Shown piece after piece: positions 13,516-26,379 of a stretch of DNA of 64,000 nt. Each line of letters opens with the position of its first letter. Positions within the stretch are counted from its first letter, which is position 1. Position numbers and translations under genes: made by a program. The notes beneath the pieces were generated by a model. That model was not told the DNA's origin. It ran no database searches and worked only from the letters and a program-made list of their open reading frames with translations. This DNA is from Lobosporangium transversale (Eukaryota): contig NW_019029010.1 in the NCBI RefSeq assembly GCF_002105155.1, positions 372,001 through 436,000 of the forward strand, written 5' to 3'.

Positions 13516-14518
13516 AAGATATTAGGATATGGAATATAAATTAAAATAAAATGGTCTAAATAATGTTTTTTTCGGAGGAGCACCTACCACTGACATTCTT
13601 TCAGGAACTTCAAAATGAAGCTGAAAGGCTGATTCTGTCGAATTCCGATCATGATTATTCTCATCCTTGTCATAAGCATAATGTACTCCTCTATAGTTGG
13701 AAGAAGATTCTTGTTCTGCGCGTTTTTGAGCCAAATGCTCCTCCCGGTCATCTTCATCCATATCAAACAATAGCTCCTCATCTGAATCAAGATCCTGATA
13801 ACGCTCCTCATCCAGTTCTTTTGACCAACCCTCCTCACGTTCAAAGAAATGATGATTCCCTGAAATGTCCCTAAATCCTGTAAAGAACCGTTCATCATCC
13901 AATAAGTTTCTGGCATCATATCTATCGGTAAGAATACATATATATATATAGAGAGAAAGGGAGTATAAATATAATATGCTTTTTATTCCCTGTTCTTGTT
14001 CACGTAACTTTTTTTTTTTTTTTTTTTTTTTTTGGTTAGTCTTTCCTTTTCAGTCAGAAATAATGGCCGCATTATCCTTGGTTGATGCAAAAAAAAAAAA
14101 AATAAAAAATAAAAAATAAAAAAAAAAAATACTGGAGAACCGAAAGTCTTGCGTGTATGTCGTTTTTGGATGTATCCACAGGGAGCCATTGGACACATGT
14201 GTATACTAGCATCTATGCTTTGTCTCCTCTTCACCCTTCCTCTTTCTTTCGCTCTTTTCCTCTTACTCTTCATTACCTGTCAAGCCAAAGAGAGTTTTCA
14301 TCGTTAGGATCTTGACCCTGCCATGTAATGAGCAAATGGCCTTCTTCTATAGCTTGAGCTGCATTGTCATTTTGAAAGAGAAAAGCTTCATAACCAAATG
14401 CAATCAATGGTTCATCCTCTTTGCCTCCTGGATCCTTGCGATCCCTTCTCCGTCTATCCCGTAGATCTGAGGTAGACTGACTGGGGTGGCTATTATCGAG
14501 ATTAGGATCATTCCACAT
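12081..14518 (-). CDS. SFSWAP: Suppressor-of-white-apricot family splicing regulator (DRY_EERY domain, two SURP domains, RS tail)
   Basis: Exons 14518-14277, 13921-13588, 13450-13158, 13056-12081 give WLDR|YDARNLLD, DEERYQDLDSDEE, IERTAKFV..MEIILQAKQATNPNFGFL..HHLYQFY, a second SURP (IEKTAEFL..FEFMQEHHPWHNYF) and a long RS dipeptide tail. Confidence 0.85.
12170..12605. repeat. Coding microsatellites (GACCTT)n and (GACTAC)n encoding the RS domain
   Basis: Perfect GACCTT run at about 12243-12330, a duplicated tcttgacctcggccttaatgagct unit, and GACTAC runs near 12550-12600. Confidence 0.9.
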
Positions 14519-14621
14519 CGCATTGCTATTTGTTCCAGATCTTATTTCAAAAAAGTGAAGGCATTTTCTACCTATTTATTCTGCATAAAATACACGTGAC
14601 TATTCAAGATTAATGATAGTT

Positions 14622-14681
14622 TATCCCTTCGTTGGATTCCGGAACACCGGTGTTCCAGATTTTGTGACCAACGAAGGGATA
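14622..14681. repeat. Nested inverted repeat: 14-bp perfect outer arms around a 16-bp palindrome
   Basis: tatcccttcgttgg (14622-14635) pairs with ccaacgaagggata (14668-14681); ggaacaccggtgttcc (14641-14656) is a perfect palindrome. Confidence 0.85.
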
Positions 14682-14781
14682 GTTCACTCAAACGGACTAT
14701 ATTATGCCTTGATGCTTTTTCTAATAAAATAATAAAAAAATGTTTATGTGTGTACAGTCAGTTCTATTGGGAGGAAGTGAT

Positions 14782-16484
14782 TTAAATCGCTGGATGAAGT
14801 AGAACATCCAAATGTCTGTCTACTGTAGTCGTCGCTTCTAACGTTTCGTGCGCCCACTGTCTCGCCTCCAGTAGGAACCACATCTTGATCCACCATCCAC
14901 CTCCGCCTGGCAAGTCTCGTACTCCTTCAACCACTCCACGGCCACCATCTTGCCGTCCAAGTTCACGTAGAATAGGAAGTGCAGTCTTGAACAGATCAAT
15001 ATTAGGGTTCAGTTGACGTCCAATACCCTCAAGAATTAAAATTGAAATCACAACGTTTGCAAAATCCCCTTCCATAGGAACATGGTGCTTACGAACCATT
15101 GCCATCACCTCTGTCAGTAGTTCTCCAATCTTGATCTTGCCCAGCGACATTGCGCTGCCCTTGACGCTCAGAATCAATTTTTGCATTTTTAGGGCGAATG
15201 ACTCACCGTCGATTACAGCCTCAGGATTTCGACATCGCTCAATCATCAATTGACCTGCACGATACCCATCAAACTCTGCTAGTGCGTGAAACAGATCCAA
15301 GAAGTTGCGTCGATTTTTATCAGACAGAACTGAGACGAGTCCTGCATCAATAAAGACCACTTGTGGGCGCCATCCTTCGTTGTAAAGGTTCTCCAGCTCC
15401 TGCATCCATGCTTGCGTATCATTTTTTGGAATGGCCCTCAATCGCATTGTAGCCTCATCTACATGGGCCATATCTTGAGCGCTCTTGCCCCTGAACCTGG
15501 AGATGATCTGCTTTATAAGGTTATTAGCTGAAGGGTTGTAAAACCGAACAAAAATATTTCCTGGATGTAGATCCGCATGGACGAAATTATCGAAGATGAG
15601 CATTCTCTATAGAATTTAAAGACAAGTAGGACCATGTTTATATTAGCAGTCAAGTCCTTATTTTGTTAAAACGAGTGCTTCAAACATGATATATGTAAAA
15701 AAACAATTGAAATAGTCTTACCAAGAATCCATCAAGACCGATGTCAGCAATCTTCACATCAAAAGAACCTGCTCCACGCTGGAGGAACGTCTTTAAAGGA
15801 AAAGCATCCACAAACTCCTCAATCAACATCTCACGTGTCGCAAACTGTATGAGTGGTGTTGGGAAGGTGACAGTATAGCGACCCCGAAACTTACGCTGGA
15901 ACTTTTCCAGATTCTTGGCTTCTATCCTCAGATCAAGCTGCTCCTGCATCATTTCCCCAAACATAGCGACCTGATCTGGTAATGAGATCCATCGCATTCC
16001 TGGGATCAGATTGATTAATTTGGCAAAGAAACTCATGATCGCCAGGTCCCGCTCCACAGTGCGTGCGACTCTTGGGTGGAGAACCTTAATTGCAACCTCT
16101 GTCTTTAGTTTCTTTTCAGTACGCTCGCCTGGATCCTTTTTGGGAACAACAACCTTTGTGACGTTACTCAACTTGCCAATCATAGTTTTGCCACCATCGT
16201 CTCCTGCACCTTTTCCTACAGTCTGCTGCTCATCAGGTTCAAAATGCAATGCGATACCAGGTTTTAATCGGCCTCGGTAGACCTGAGCAATTGCACCGAT
16301 GCCGAGCGGGGTCTCAATAAACTCATCAAAGATGTCTTCGAGCTTACGTCCACCAAATGCGGCCTCGATCGTTCGTCGAGTATGCTCTATAGAATGTGGA
16401 TCAACCTGGTTGTGTAGCTTTGATAACATTATACATAATTGATTTGGAAATATATCTGTCCTTGAGGCAGCCCATTGCGAGAGC

Positions 16485-16516
<32 letters not shown>

Positions 16517-16548
16517 CTCAGAAAGAAGGTTCATGCCAATTACCAAAT

Positions 16549-16580
<32 letters not shown>

Positions 16581-17327
16581 ACGCCATTATTTCACAATTA
16601 TTTTTTCTACCTTAATAAACGTGGGACCTGCCAACTCCATATGCCGCACAAGTAGATTGTACCACCAAATGGTACCACTGCGTTCATCATCCAGTTCCTT
16701 CTGGCGTTCACCCATAAATACTACAGGTAAGGTGATGAAGAGTGGTAAAAAGATGACTGCCAGAACACCAAACCGCCATATAGTTAAAATAGGATGGAAA
16801 ACATAATCATCCAACATATCGTCCAAATATTGCTTGAGTCGCCTCCAAAACGATGGCTTTTGAGCATCTTTGACAATCTGTGTCTTGACTAAAGGTATAG
16901 CCTGTGCTAGTCTACTATGTTGATGGTGTTGATGATGGCCACTGTTGGAAAGATCTTTTGCCTCCAAGTGAATTCCGGGTGACAAAAAGCTAAGGCCTCC
17001 TTGAGTGACCAGTGCAGGTATGATATAATGCCATGTCGAGACATTCGTGGTGTTGGTGCTTGTACGAGCCGTGTTGGATATTGCTTTAGTATTTGTTATT
17101 GCTGTAGTAGAATACAACCGGTTGTGTTGTTTCAGGGAGCGGCAAGATGAAGAAGAGTGCTTCGATATGCCCTCGACAGCTCTCGTAGATTGATACCGTT
17201 GTTGCTGTGCTGTCCGTGGTCGAGAAGAGCGAAGAATAACACCCAGTCCTGGAACAGTGGTGCTCCGACGCAAGGACCCCATTGAGAGACGAGACATTGT
17301 TGTAACAGTGGTATGGGACATTGTCAT
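14782..17327 (-). CDS. ABC1/UbiB atypical kinase, ADCK2/Cqd1-like, probably mitochondrial; 3 exons
   Basis: GPTFIK|LSQWAASRTDIFP, LGIGAIAQVY, VAIKVLHP, QLDLRIEAKNL, NFVHADLHPGNI, FIDAGL. N-terminus is Arg/Ser/Thr-rich like a presequence; first ATG at 17327. Confidence 0.92.
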
Positions 17328-18217
17328 GAAACGGTGACTAACATGCAATCAGAGGAATTGTAATGTAGTCGATCAGCTTCTAGACAAGATAAAACGAAAA
17401 AAAAAAAAAAAAAATCACAACGCGCCGGAAAGCTCTAGGGAAGAAGGGAAGAAGGGAAGGGGTTTACGTGAGAGAGAAAGAAGGAAATAGGGAATAAGAA
17501 AAGAGGCGAAATACACTCACATATTCCAGTGCCTCCCTGTCTCATAAACTTCTGAATGCAAGGAATGCTGGTATCCCAGCAGTCACCAAACGGACTCGAC
17601 TGTGCAGCGCAGGCATGGACACATAGAAAAGGTCACCTGGATCAACCTTAAATGTATACAAATATTTTCATCATTGGCTAAAGTTATTTATTCTGCAAGA
17701 TGATAGCCCCTTATCAATTCGCATCGTCTAAAATGTATACCAAACAGAGATTTGTATACATTTGGCAAATGCAGTGCAAGCAAGAAATAAAAAAGATGTC
17801 TCTTGCACTCCTACCATGCCCACCATGCCCACCATATCCTAGGACTTTGGCTACACAGATCAGGAGAGCACGACAATGGTGACTAAAAAATAAAAAAAAA
17901 GAAAGCACAATAAAACTATGAGACAAGCTGGCGCCATGTGCAAAGCAGATCTTGACCGCTAGATCGCACACCAAATGGATACAAAAGGTTGATTTATGCC
18001 CATTCAACGAGCATAAAAAAGTCGTTCCTGAAAGAGAAAAAAGAAAAAAGAAAAAAAGAAAAAGAAAAAGAGGAAAAGCGGGACGTCCAATTTAGACTAG
18101 ATGGTGTTGGCTCGAGAAATGGTACCCTCCTTGTTCCTTTCTTTTTTTTTTTTCTTATTCTTTTCTTTCTTTGTAGGTCCTTGATAGATTTAGGGGCCAG
18201 TTCGCGTCAGCTGCATG

Positions 18218-19996
18218 TTACCCTTGCACTGTCGAGGTTTGTGAATTATCTTGTCCACCTCCACGGCCTCGTCGACTACGTCCCTGTCGTCCAGACCCTC
18301 CAGACCCTCCAGTGCTTTGTCCTCCTTGTCCTTTATTTCCAGAGGCTGGAGGAACATTAGTAGTATTCCCACTGTTGTTGTTGGCGACAGTGGCATTGCT
18401 GGTGGCGGCCTTGGCCTCTTGTTTAGCACGGTCTCCTCGAGTTCTACGGGATCGGCTAGATCGGCCAGATCCACCTTCAGAATTGGCTGTCTGTAAACTA
18501 TCTTTTTTAGCATTTGTTGAGACATTGTTGCTTCCTTGCTGCTGCTGTCCACGACGACCGCTTGGGTTTCCAGGCTCTTGGTTCCCGTGTGATCCGCTAT
18601 TGATGTTTTGTTGCTTTGGTTCTGACTGACTAGGAGGATTCTGGGCTGATGGGGCGGGCGTATTATTATTGGTCGTGGATTTAGGCTTCAAAAGCGTAAT
18701 TTGTGGTGTTGCAGCCTCTCCAGTAGTAGAACTAGAGGCATCTGCATTTGCCTTCTTGCTGGCACGATTGCGTCTTCTTTCACGTTTGGGTTTTGACCCA
18801 GAGGTATTCTCAGTGTCGGCGTTTTGGACATTTTGTGCACTTTGAGCTGATTTGCGCCCTTGTGGAGTCTGCGGCTGGTTCTGTTGAGGTTGTTGGTTCT
18901 TGTTGGCTGCAGCAGAAGCATTTGAGGATTGGCCACGATTATTGCTAGTCTCCTTGGCGTTCCTATTAATGAGAATGGTAATTTGTCCCTTTGTAGCGTT
19001 TGAAAGCCCAGCTTTCCCTGCCTGCCTCGCTTGGCGAGCAGCAATTTTGGCGGCCTGAGCTTTGGCTTGCGCCGCAGCTTTCTGGGCTCTCAAGGCCTCC
19101 AGCAGCGGAGTTGCTTTTGGGTTTACAACACTCTCCTTCAGCACTAGATGCCAAAAAAAATAAAAAAAAATAAAAAGAAAATGGATGGATGTATGACGCA
19201 GATGTCCTTAATAAAGCTAATCGGTATTACCACACTGAAATCTTATCCTGACTGGACTGTATGTTGCTTACATAATTCTGTTCCTGACAACTTCATCTCC
19301 TTTTCAGCCTCGGTTGGTTCAGCATTCAGCGATTCGAGAAATGCGATGTAATCCGGATCTGTTTATATAATGTGAAACAGTATTAATGAATGCATGTCGA
19401 TGGTCAAAAAGATTGCCATTTATATATATGTAGATTTTATCATTAAAATCTTGCATATTAGCATTTCACCTTGTTCAATTGTTCCTTGCTTTGAATCAAC
19501 CTTGCGTGGTTCGCGTGGAACCTTTTGGAAAGGTGCAAATTCTACAAACGCCCTGCTTTCATTCTTTTGCTTGTCAATAAACATGTGTCCGTGATATACA
19601 TTTTGGAACTCCAAAGCCAGCTTTTCGTTTTTGAAGTAGATATAAGCACGAGCAAATGTGTTTCCTTTGACGGGACTGAGAAAAAAACGTATAGAAAAAC
19701 AAAATAAAAATTGAGAGCGCTGAGTCAGTAAAAGGAGTGTAGAGATGTATAAATGAAGGATAACAGGACAAAGAATATGTCCCATACTTTTTGCTGACTT
19801 TCCCTGCAACCCAGGTAGTCGGTCTCTCCAGTGAGGTCTCTTGCACAAATGGTTTAATAGACTCCATAAAAACATGTTCGGGTAAGTTGGCCGGAAGGCG
19901 ACGAACGACTATCTTTGTCTTTTGTTGGCCTCTGTTAGGTCCTTTTGGTCGTGATGCACGCTTAAAATTGGTTGCTTTTCCTCCAGCTGTACTCAT
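18218..19996 (-). CDS. UPF3: Nonsense-mediated decay factor UPF3 (Smg4/UPF3 RRM-like domain), 4 exons
   Basis: KTKIVVRRLPANL, FARAYIYFK, HGHMFIDKQKNESRAFVEFAPFQKVP, DSKQGTIE..DPDYIAFLESL, ATPLLEAL, then a low-complexity tail. Confidence 0.9.
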
Positions 19997-20281
19997 TTTT
20001 TTTTTTTTTTTTTTTTTTCTTTTTTTGCGAGGGAATAAAGTAATGGGATCCTGCAAGATGAAGAAAGCATGAACCAAACATGCAAGAAAGAAATGGTGGA
20101 CGTGGCTTATCACATATGACACTTCATGCTGTGCATGCGTGTACATGTGCAAGGCGCAGGCACACCGAATTTATCCGCAGTCACACGCACCATTTTTTTT
20201 TAGTTGTTTATCATCAAGGAGGTAAGTTTTTTTTTTTCTCCAGCTTTGTCTCATTCCATCAAACTTGTACATCAATTCAAT

Positions 20282-20949
20282 ATGATTATCCCTGTGCGCT
20301 GCTTCTCCTGCGGAAAAGTCATTGGAAACAAATGGGACCATTATCTCTCACTCCTGCAGGCAGACTTTAGCGAAGGGTGAGTATTTGATGGGATTCATTA
20401 CATTTTGATCCACTTTAGTCATTGGATGGAGATTAGCATATTAAAGCTCTGAAACGATAACAACAACAACAGCTAATAGATACAACTATAAAAACAGCAG
20501 CAATAAGTACAACAAATAAATACAGGAACAGTGATTGCAGCAACGGAAACAACTACAACATCGGACCAGTTGGCATAAAGGGATCCTTACTCTCAATTCC
20601 CTCTATCTTACTGTTCGTTTTCAATTATCAACGGAAAATAACCTAATAATATATCTTTTCTGATCACATAGTGATGCTCTTGACTCACTCGGATTGAAGA
20701 GATACTGCTGCCGTCGCATGGTCCTTACACATGTCGACTTGATTGAGAAGCTGTTGCATTATAATCGTAAGTTAAAAGGAGGGGGAAAAAATCAATTCAA
20801 TATTTCTATATTAATTCGTATAAAGTCCAAAAGTGGAGTGAATAGAATGATATCAGTCGATATTGGAAGTATTTTGACAATTTTTTTTTTTTTTTAAAAA
20901 AACTTATTCTTTGATAGCTTTGGAGCGCAGCGTTGATTTGAAGCGATAA
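20282..20949 (+). CDS. RPB10: RNA polymerase I/II/III shared subunit RPABC5
   Basis: Exons 20282-20376, 20672-20766 and 20918-20949 splice to [73 protein letters not shown]. Confidence 0.97.
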
Positions 20950-21796
20950 GGAAAAAAAAAAAAAAAAAAAAAGAGTAAAGGAATAGTCAAGAAGAAGCAT
21001 CTGTACAAACTGCATTGGGATTAATAAACACCTCACATAGTGTATTTTTCATTGAATTAAAAGCTGAAATGTTCTTTAGTGAATGGCATGCAATATCAGA
21101 CCATAGGATGGAAGGTTTGACATGCGCAGCACATATCAAAGGTCTTGTTTTTGTTTGTGTTATTAAACTAGAGTTATCGTACTACCGAAGTATAGGTATC
21201 TTGCATATCTTTTCTTCTAGTAAAGAACCTTAGTCCAAAGATTAAGAAGGAAAAATAAAACGGATCAGAGCCTTATTCTAAGAGACTCCAGATCCATTAA
21301 ACCGTACAAGGAAAAGTTTAATTGTGCTTTTTTTTCTTTTTTTTTTTTTTTTTTTTTTTTTTTTAGTTCAACTGGAAACAATTGTTAGAAAAAGCGCGGT
21401 AATAAAAAAGAAACATTGATCAATCTATACGTGATATTTGCTCAGGTGCCTTTCGAATTTCAATTAGCGATTGATGAGCCACGTGTCGTGTGGATCAGTT
21501 TGGGAATACCGGAAGTGATTATCACACTTGCCCGAAGAAAAAGGCTTTTTTTTTTTTTTTGGGCGAGGAAGAATAAGAAAAAAAAAAGACAGATTATTAC
21601 AAAAACCAGTTGGTTGGTCTAGAGCAATTCGAACACACAAACACACAAGGTCATGAGAACCATTCATGTCTTGTTACCCATCATTGCACAAAAAATCATG
21701 GAAATAAATAAAAATAAAAAAACACACCATACAGGCTTGATATATCAAAAAGTTCTATTTTCTTTTTTTTCTTTTTTCTTTTTTTTTTTTTTTGCT

Positions 21797-22836
21797 TTAT
21801 TCACCCATTGGAATCCATTGATCTCGTAAACCTTCTTCATAATCTGGTTCTACTAGCGAGCCTTCATTATTATGATCTCCGTCAGAATTCATTGAAGCGC
21901 CACTATTCATCTGCTCATCATCATCGCCTATCAATTGATGACCCTTGCCAGATACTGAGGACATTGGATGAAGTATCTCTGCGATTTCAAACCGCGAGTG
22001 TTGCCTTACAAGGTTGACATAGTATCGTTGCATCACACTGCCTTCGACTGCTACGCGCCATTCGATCAATCCTAAAAACTCGACCTCAAGGGTATTGAGT
22101 TCCTGTGTACTTAATCCTCCCACCTTGGCGTAATGCGAGTTGGTGCAATAAGAATCACATACTGCCTTGGCAGCCAGTGTGACAGATGCAATGATGAACC
22201 GATGGACTGTGAGAGACGAGATGGTGAATGTCCTGACTTTTTCGCAAACGCGGTCGATATAGATCAAAATGACTAGTAAACAGGCCCGTTCCAGTGAGGT
22301 ATATTTTACTATTCTCCGTAGATAATCGTATACAGAAATCTGGGGCGGTGCTCTTGAATGGAAACGAGTGAGATTGGCAGTTGTGAGCGGTATTTGGTCG
22401 TTGTGAGCGGTCAGTCGGCAGAGCATATCCGCTAGTTTGGGACAAGTGGTGTGAATTTTTTTTTTTTTTTTTTTTTTTGGTTAATCTTATTGAACACGAT
22501 CGCATCGTTCGAGCGTGTCGTTAGAGCTACATGTGGTTGGCATGGTACTATTCATTCCACCTTTTTTGCTTCCTATTCTTCCTTTTCTTTACCGTCCCTT
22601 CCCTCTTTTTCATTTTCTTTTTCTTTTTTCTTTTCTTTTTTTTGTTCCTTTGTCTGTTAACCATGTTGCATTGTTGTCTGGTGCTGTCTCTTACCAATCA
22701 TAATGGTGAGGTGAGTCATGTCTACTTGATGAAAATATTCAGGCACGAGGATCACACCTTGAAGTTCTTCCCGCTGTGTAGGCCCTGTTGGCTCTGGCGA
22801 TGGTGAGATTTGGGTTGTACCAGGATGGGGATGCAT
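21797..22836 (-). CDS. Pho80/PCL-family cyclin
   Basis: Exon 1 (22836-22695) splices to exon 2 (22431-21797). Motifs LTRFHSRAPPQISVYDYLRRIVKY, ISSLTVHRFIIASV, DSYCTNSHYAKVGG, ELNTLEVEFL. Confidence 0.92.
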
Positions 22837-25800
22837 GGCTCTGTTTCCTATGATAGTGAAATCCTTGTTCTCAATGTCCTGAAATCACTTTTGTCGAAAA
22901 TTATTAAAACTTGATCTCGTAAATTTTTTTTGGACAAGTTGCTCGGTTTTGCCTGCTTTGCTTTAATGTGTTGACTGACTCAGATTGGTTGAGTTTAAAT
23001 AAATCGTTGTCTTTTTTTTTTTTGTTGTTGTTGTTGACGTGGGAAGCAAGTCTTGGTCTGGTATTATTACTATTATTAATATAAATTTGTTTTATTATTA
23101 TTATTGACTTGTTGTAATAGTTGAAGGGGTTGTAATGGGGTTAATGACAAAAAGAAAGATTAAGTAATGGGGTGTTTAGAATTAGAATTACAAAAAAAAA
23201 AAAAAAAGTGTGAAAAGAGAACAGGTCGATCGATTAAGTCGAACAAGAAAAAAAGAAAAAAAGAAGAAAAGAAAAAGAAAAAAAAAAAAAAAAAAAAAAA
23301 GAGGAGAGAGAAAGTTCAAAAAGAAAAAAAAAAATCACTTTCTTGACATCACAAGCCTTTTCTCCTCCCCAACTTGGTTACAAAGGAACATCCATTTTAT
23401 TTTAGGGTTTTTTATGTATTACACATCGTTAATAATGTTATTCCTTGTAACAATAAGCCAACGGAAAGGTGTTGCTCCTCAATTCTGTGTCTGCTTTGTG
23501 CTTGGAATGACTGTAAAATAATAAATGTGTTATACTCGCGTGTATCGATGTTGTGCCTGATCATCTTACTCCCATTCCCTCACATTACTGTAAACATTAC
23601 TTGAGCAACCCTGGCAAATAACAATAACCCAGCCAGGCTATCTTTGCAAATCAGCAGTAAGAATGAGGCTATTCGGCAAGTCGAAGGTCGAATAACGAAT
23701 ATATGCTTTTTGATCTTCCCATAATGACAATGTGAATGATTTTTCCATGCTTTCTTTGCGGGAGTTCTTTTGATCACTTTCTGAACAAACAGAGCTGGGA
23801 ATGGGACAGAAAAAAAAAAAAAAAAAAAAAAAAAATGCATTGCAACGCACGGCACGCGACCAGAGAAACCATTCATTCGCTGCTCACAAATCCAAATCAG
23901 AAATGTTTTATCTGCGATTGAATATTGTTGATTTGTGATGATTGATGCATGCATTGTAAAGGGTTAAACATGTTATACACTTTTGAGTACCAGTCAATTG
24001 AATCGCGATCATCAATGACTGGGAAAGGTATAAAAAAATAAAAAAAGATCTTCTTCTCCCCATCCATCGCAGGACATAAAAAAAAAACCTGCAGCATCTG
24101 AACCTAATAGCATTGACCATTACCAGTTTTCCCACACGAAAAAAATAAAAATAAAAAAAAAAAAAAAGATCCTTTCTATCATATACGCACAACACACGAC
24201 CACTTTTCTTTGTTTCTGGCAAATAAACACATTTATACACCACACACTGAGTGTGAAACAGCCAATGGTAACATTATAAATATCCCTATTGGTCATTACC
24301 CGATTTACTCTCTGTCCATACAAGACTCACATGTATTATTAAAGATCAACCATGTCAATTACAAGACCAAATATGTTCAGACAAAACATGACTAAGTGCT
24401 TGTTATCAGAGGGTTTGAAAAGACCAAGCTCCCTGATTAAAATTAATTTCTGCAACTAGAATCCTTCATGGTTTGCTATTTGGACCTTATTCCTCCAGCT
24501 CTCCAATCGTTCTCAATGTAATGATGGTACGGAGCTCAATTACATCATCTCATCCTCCTTCCCACCCTTTGTGCCCTCTATCTAATATTCTTTACTGACT
24601 TCGTTGGGCCATCATTAGCCAACTTTGCGACAGTCATGTATGCATCCTTGGGCAGTTATAACCCGGACCAACGAGGAGTCTGAGCAGTAATGATATATCC
24701 GGTCCCATCGAGATATTCGAATTCATCCTGCATCCAAAAATACTGCAGCCATATTGTGCCTGAGGAGCAAACGACATGTGGCCTCTTTATTTTTCCCAAA
24801 ATAACTTTCAGTCTGGATGATGGATTTTCCTCCCAATGACCATCCAAAAATCCTATATCTCCAATGGTGTGGTGTAAAGATAATTAGCTCTTACAGTACA
24901 TCGGTATTAGGTAGCTTGCCTTCAACTGAAAGTTGGCCATAAAGGTATTGAATGCTAGAAGACCTGGGTCAGGCAACTACTATATCTTGCGCTATGATGG
25001 GGCCTTTTCCGCTATCGATGAGCCTATCCTGCTCGACTCCCTTAAACAGGAGAGGAGAGATGTGCCAAAAGATCGATGAAGAGAGGAAATAGGGGAGGAA
25101 TCAAAGTCGCGTACAAAGCTGGATTGTTATGAATGTCTTAGCAGGGGTCCTCAAAAGAGGAGTATATATGACTTGAATTAGAACGGCAACAGACTGGAGT
25201 GGTCCCAGATGCTGAGAACCGTTTTATCATTTGACTTTTAATCATTAGGATTTGATGATATGGGTCGTCATAAAGTATTTATTCCAGACCGACTCTTATG
25301 GTCTATGGCCATCAAGATCCTATCAGTAGTATACAAGGCTCCATTGATCTCATTATCTTCGGCCCAGAGAGTAGTTACGCCGGTGACGGTGGCGATGCCA
25401 ACTCCTCAAGTACTGATAGCTACAAGGTGCGTTGATCTTTAAATATGGAGTCGCGTTTGGTGCTCGATAAGGTTAATGGCCTCACTTGCTCTACACAACT
25501 GAGTGAAGCGCGAAAAGCGAGTGAGGTTGCACTGGCAGCCGAATCCAGAATGCAGCACGTAAGGCCTGAGGCATACAGTATTGGGATCAAGCGCACTGCA
25601 CTAAGTGGTGGAGTAAGTACGCGCTATTTGAGGCCTGTATGCTTTACAAAGGTTACCAAATCGAGGTTGTAGTATTGACGCGTCATTCTATACCCCATTA
25701 TGACCTAACTCTGCTCAGCCTGAGGATGCGCTCGTGGTAGACTTCTAGAAGCAGTTGTATCAAAGTCTTTCTTTGAATCCGTCCTTTGAGCTAGTCCTTC

Positions 25801-25921
25801 GATTTGGTTCTGATCCTTCGGATGACTCTTCGGCTACTCGAGATGGTTTCCCCTCTTTTGAAGCAGTTATTCCAAGTAATTCTTCAGTTCTTTGGGAACT
25901 TTCATTTGGATGGATTGGGTG

Positions 25922-25952
<31 letters not shown>

Positions 25953-26379
25953 GGGAAAGGCAAAAGTCGTTGCATTCTAGCACGTCGAATTGCCCCTGCT
26001 TGTCGCAAGAGGCTGAAACGCGTGGAACGGGATCAGTGACCTTCAGTAGGAGTAAATGAGAATAAAATGTATTAAACATATCAGAGTCTCTGGTTATAGA
26101 GGGACGTAAGGCGAAAGGGCTATTTGCGCGTTTGAAAAGTACACGTAGTTAGACAAATCTGTGTTCGACACGCAAGGCGAAAAGGGTATCAAGCCTCGTC
26201 CTCTCCTTTATGACAAAGATCAGAAATGGTGATACTCCCCTCAAAAGAGGTGCATATATAGGACTACTGACAACCTTCCCATCGAGGGTTGAAAAATCAA
26301 AACTATCAAGCGTTTTAAAACTGCCTAGACTCTCCACGAAGCTATGCTTGAAGGCTGGAACAATTTGATTTTTACTTTT

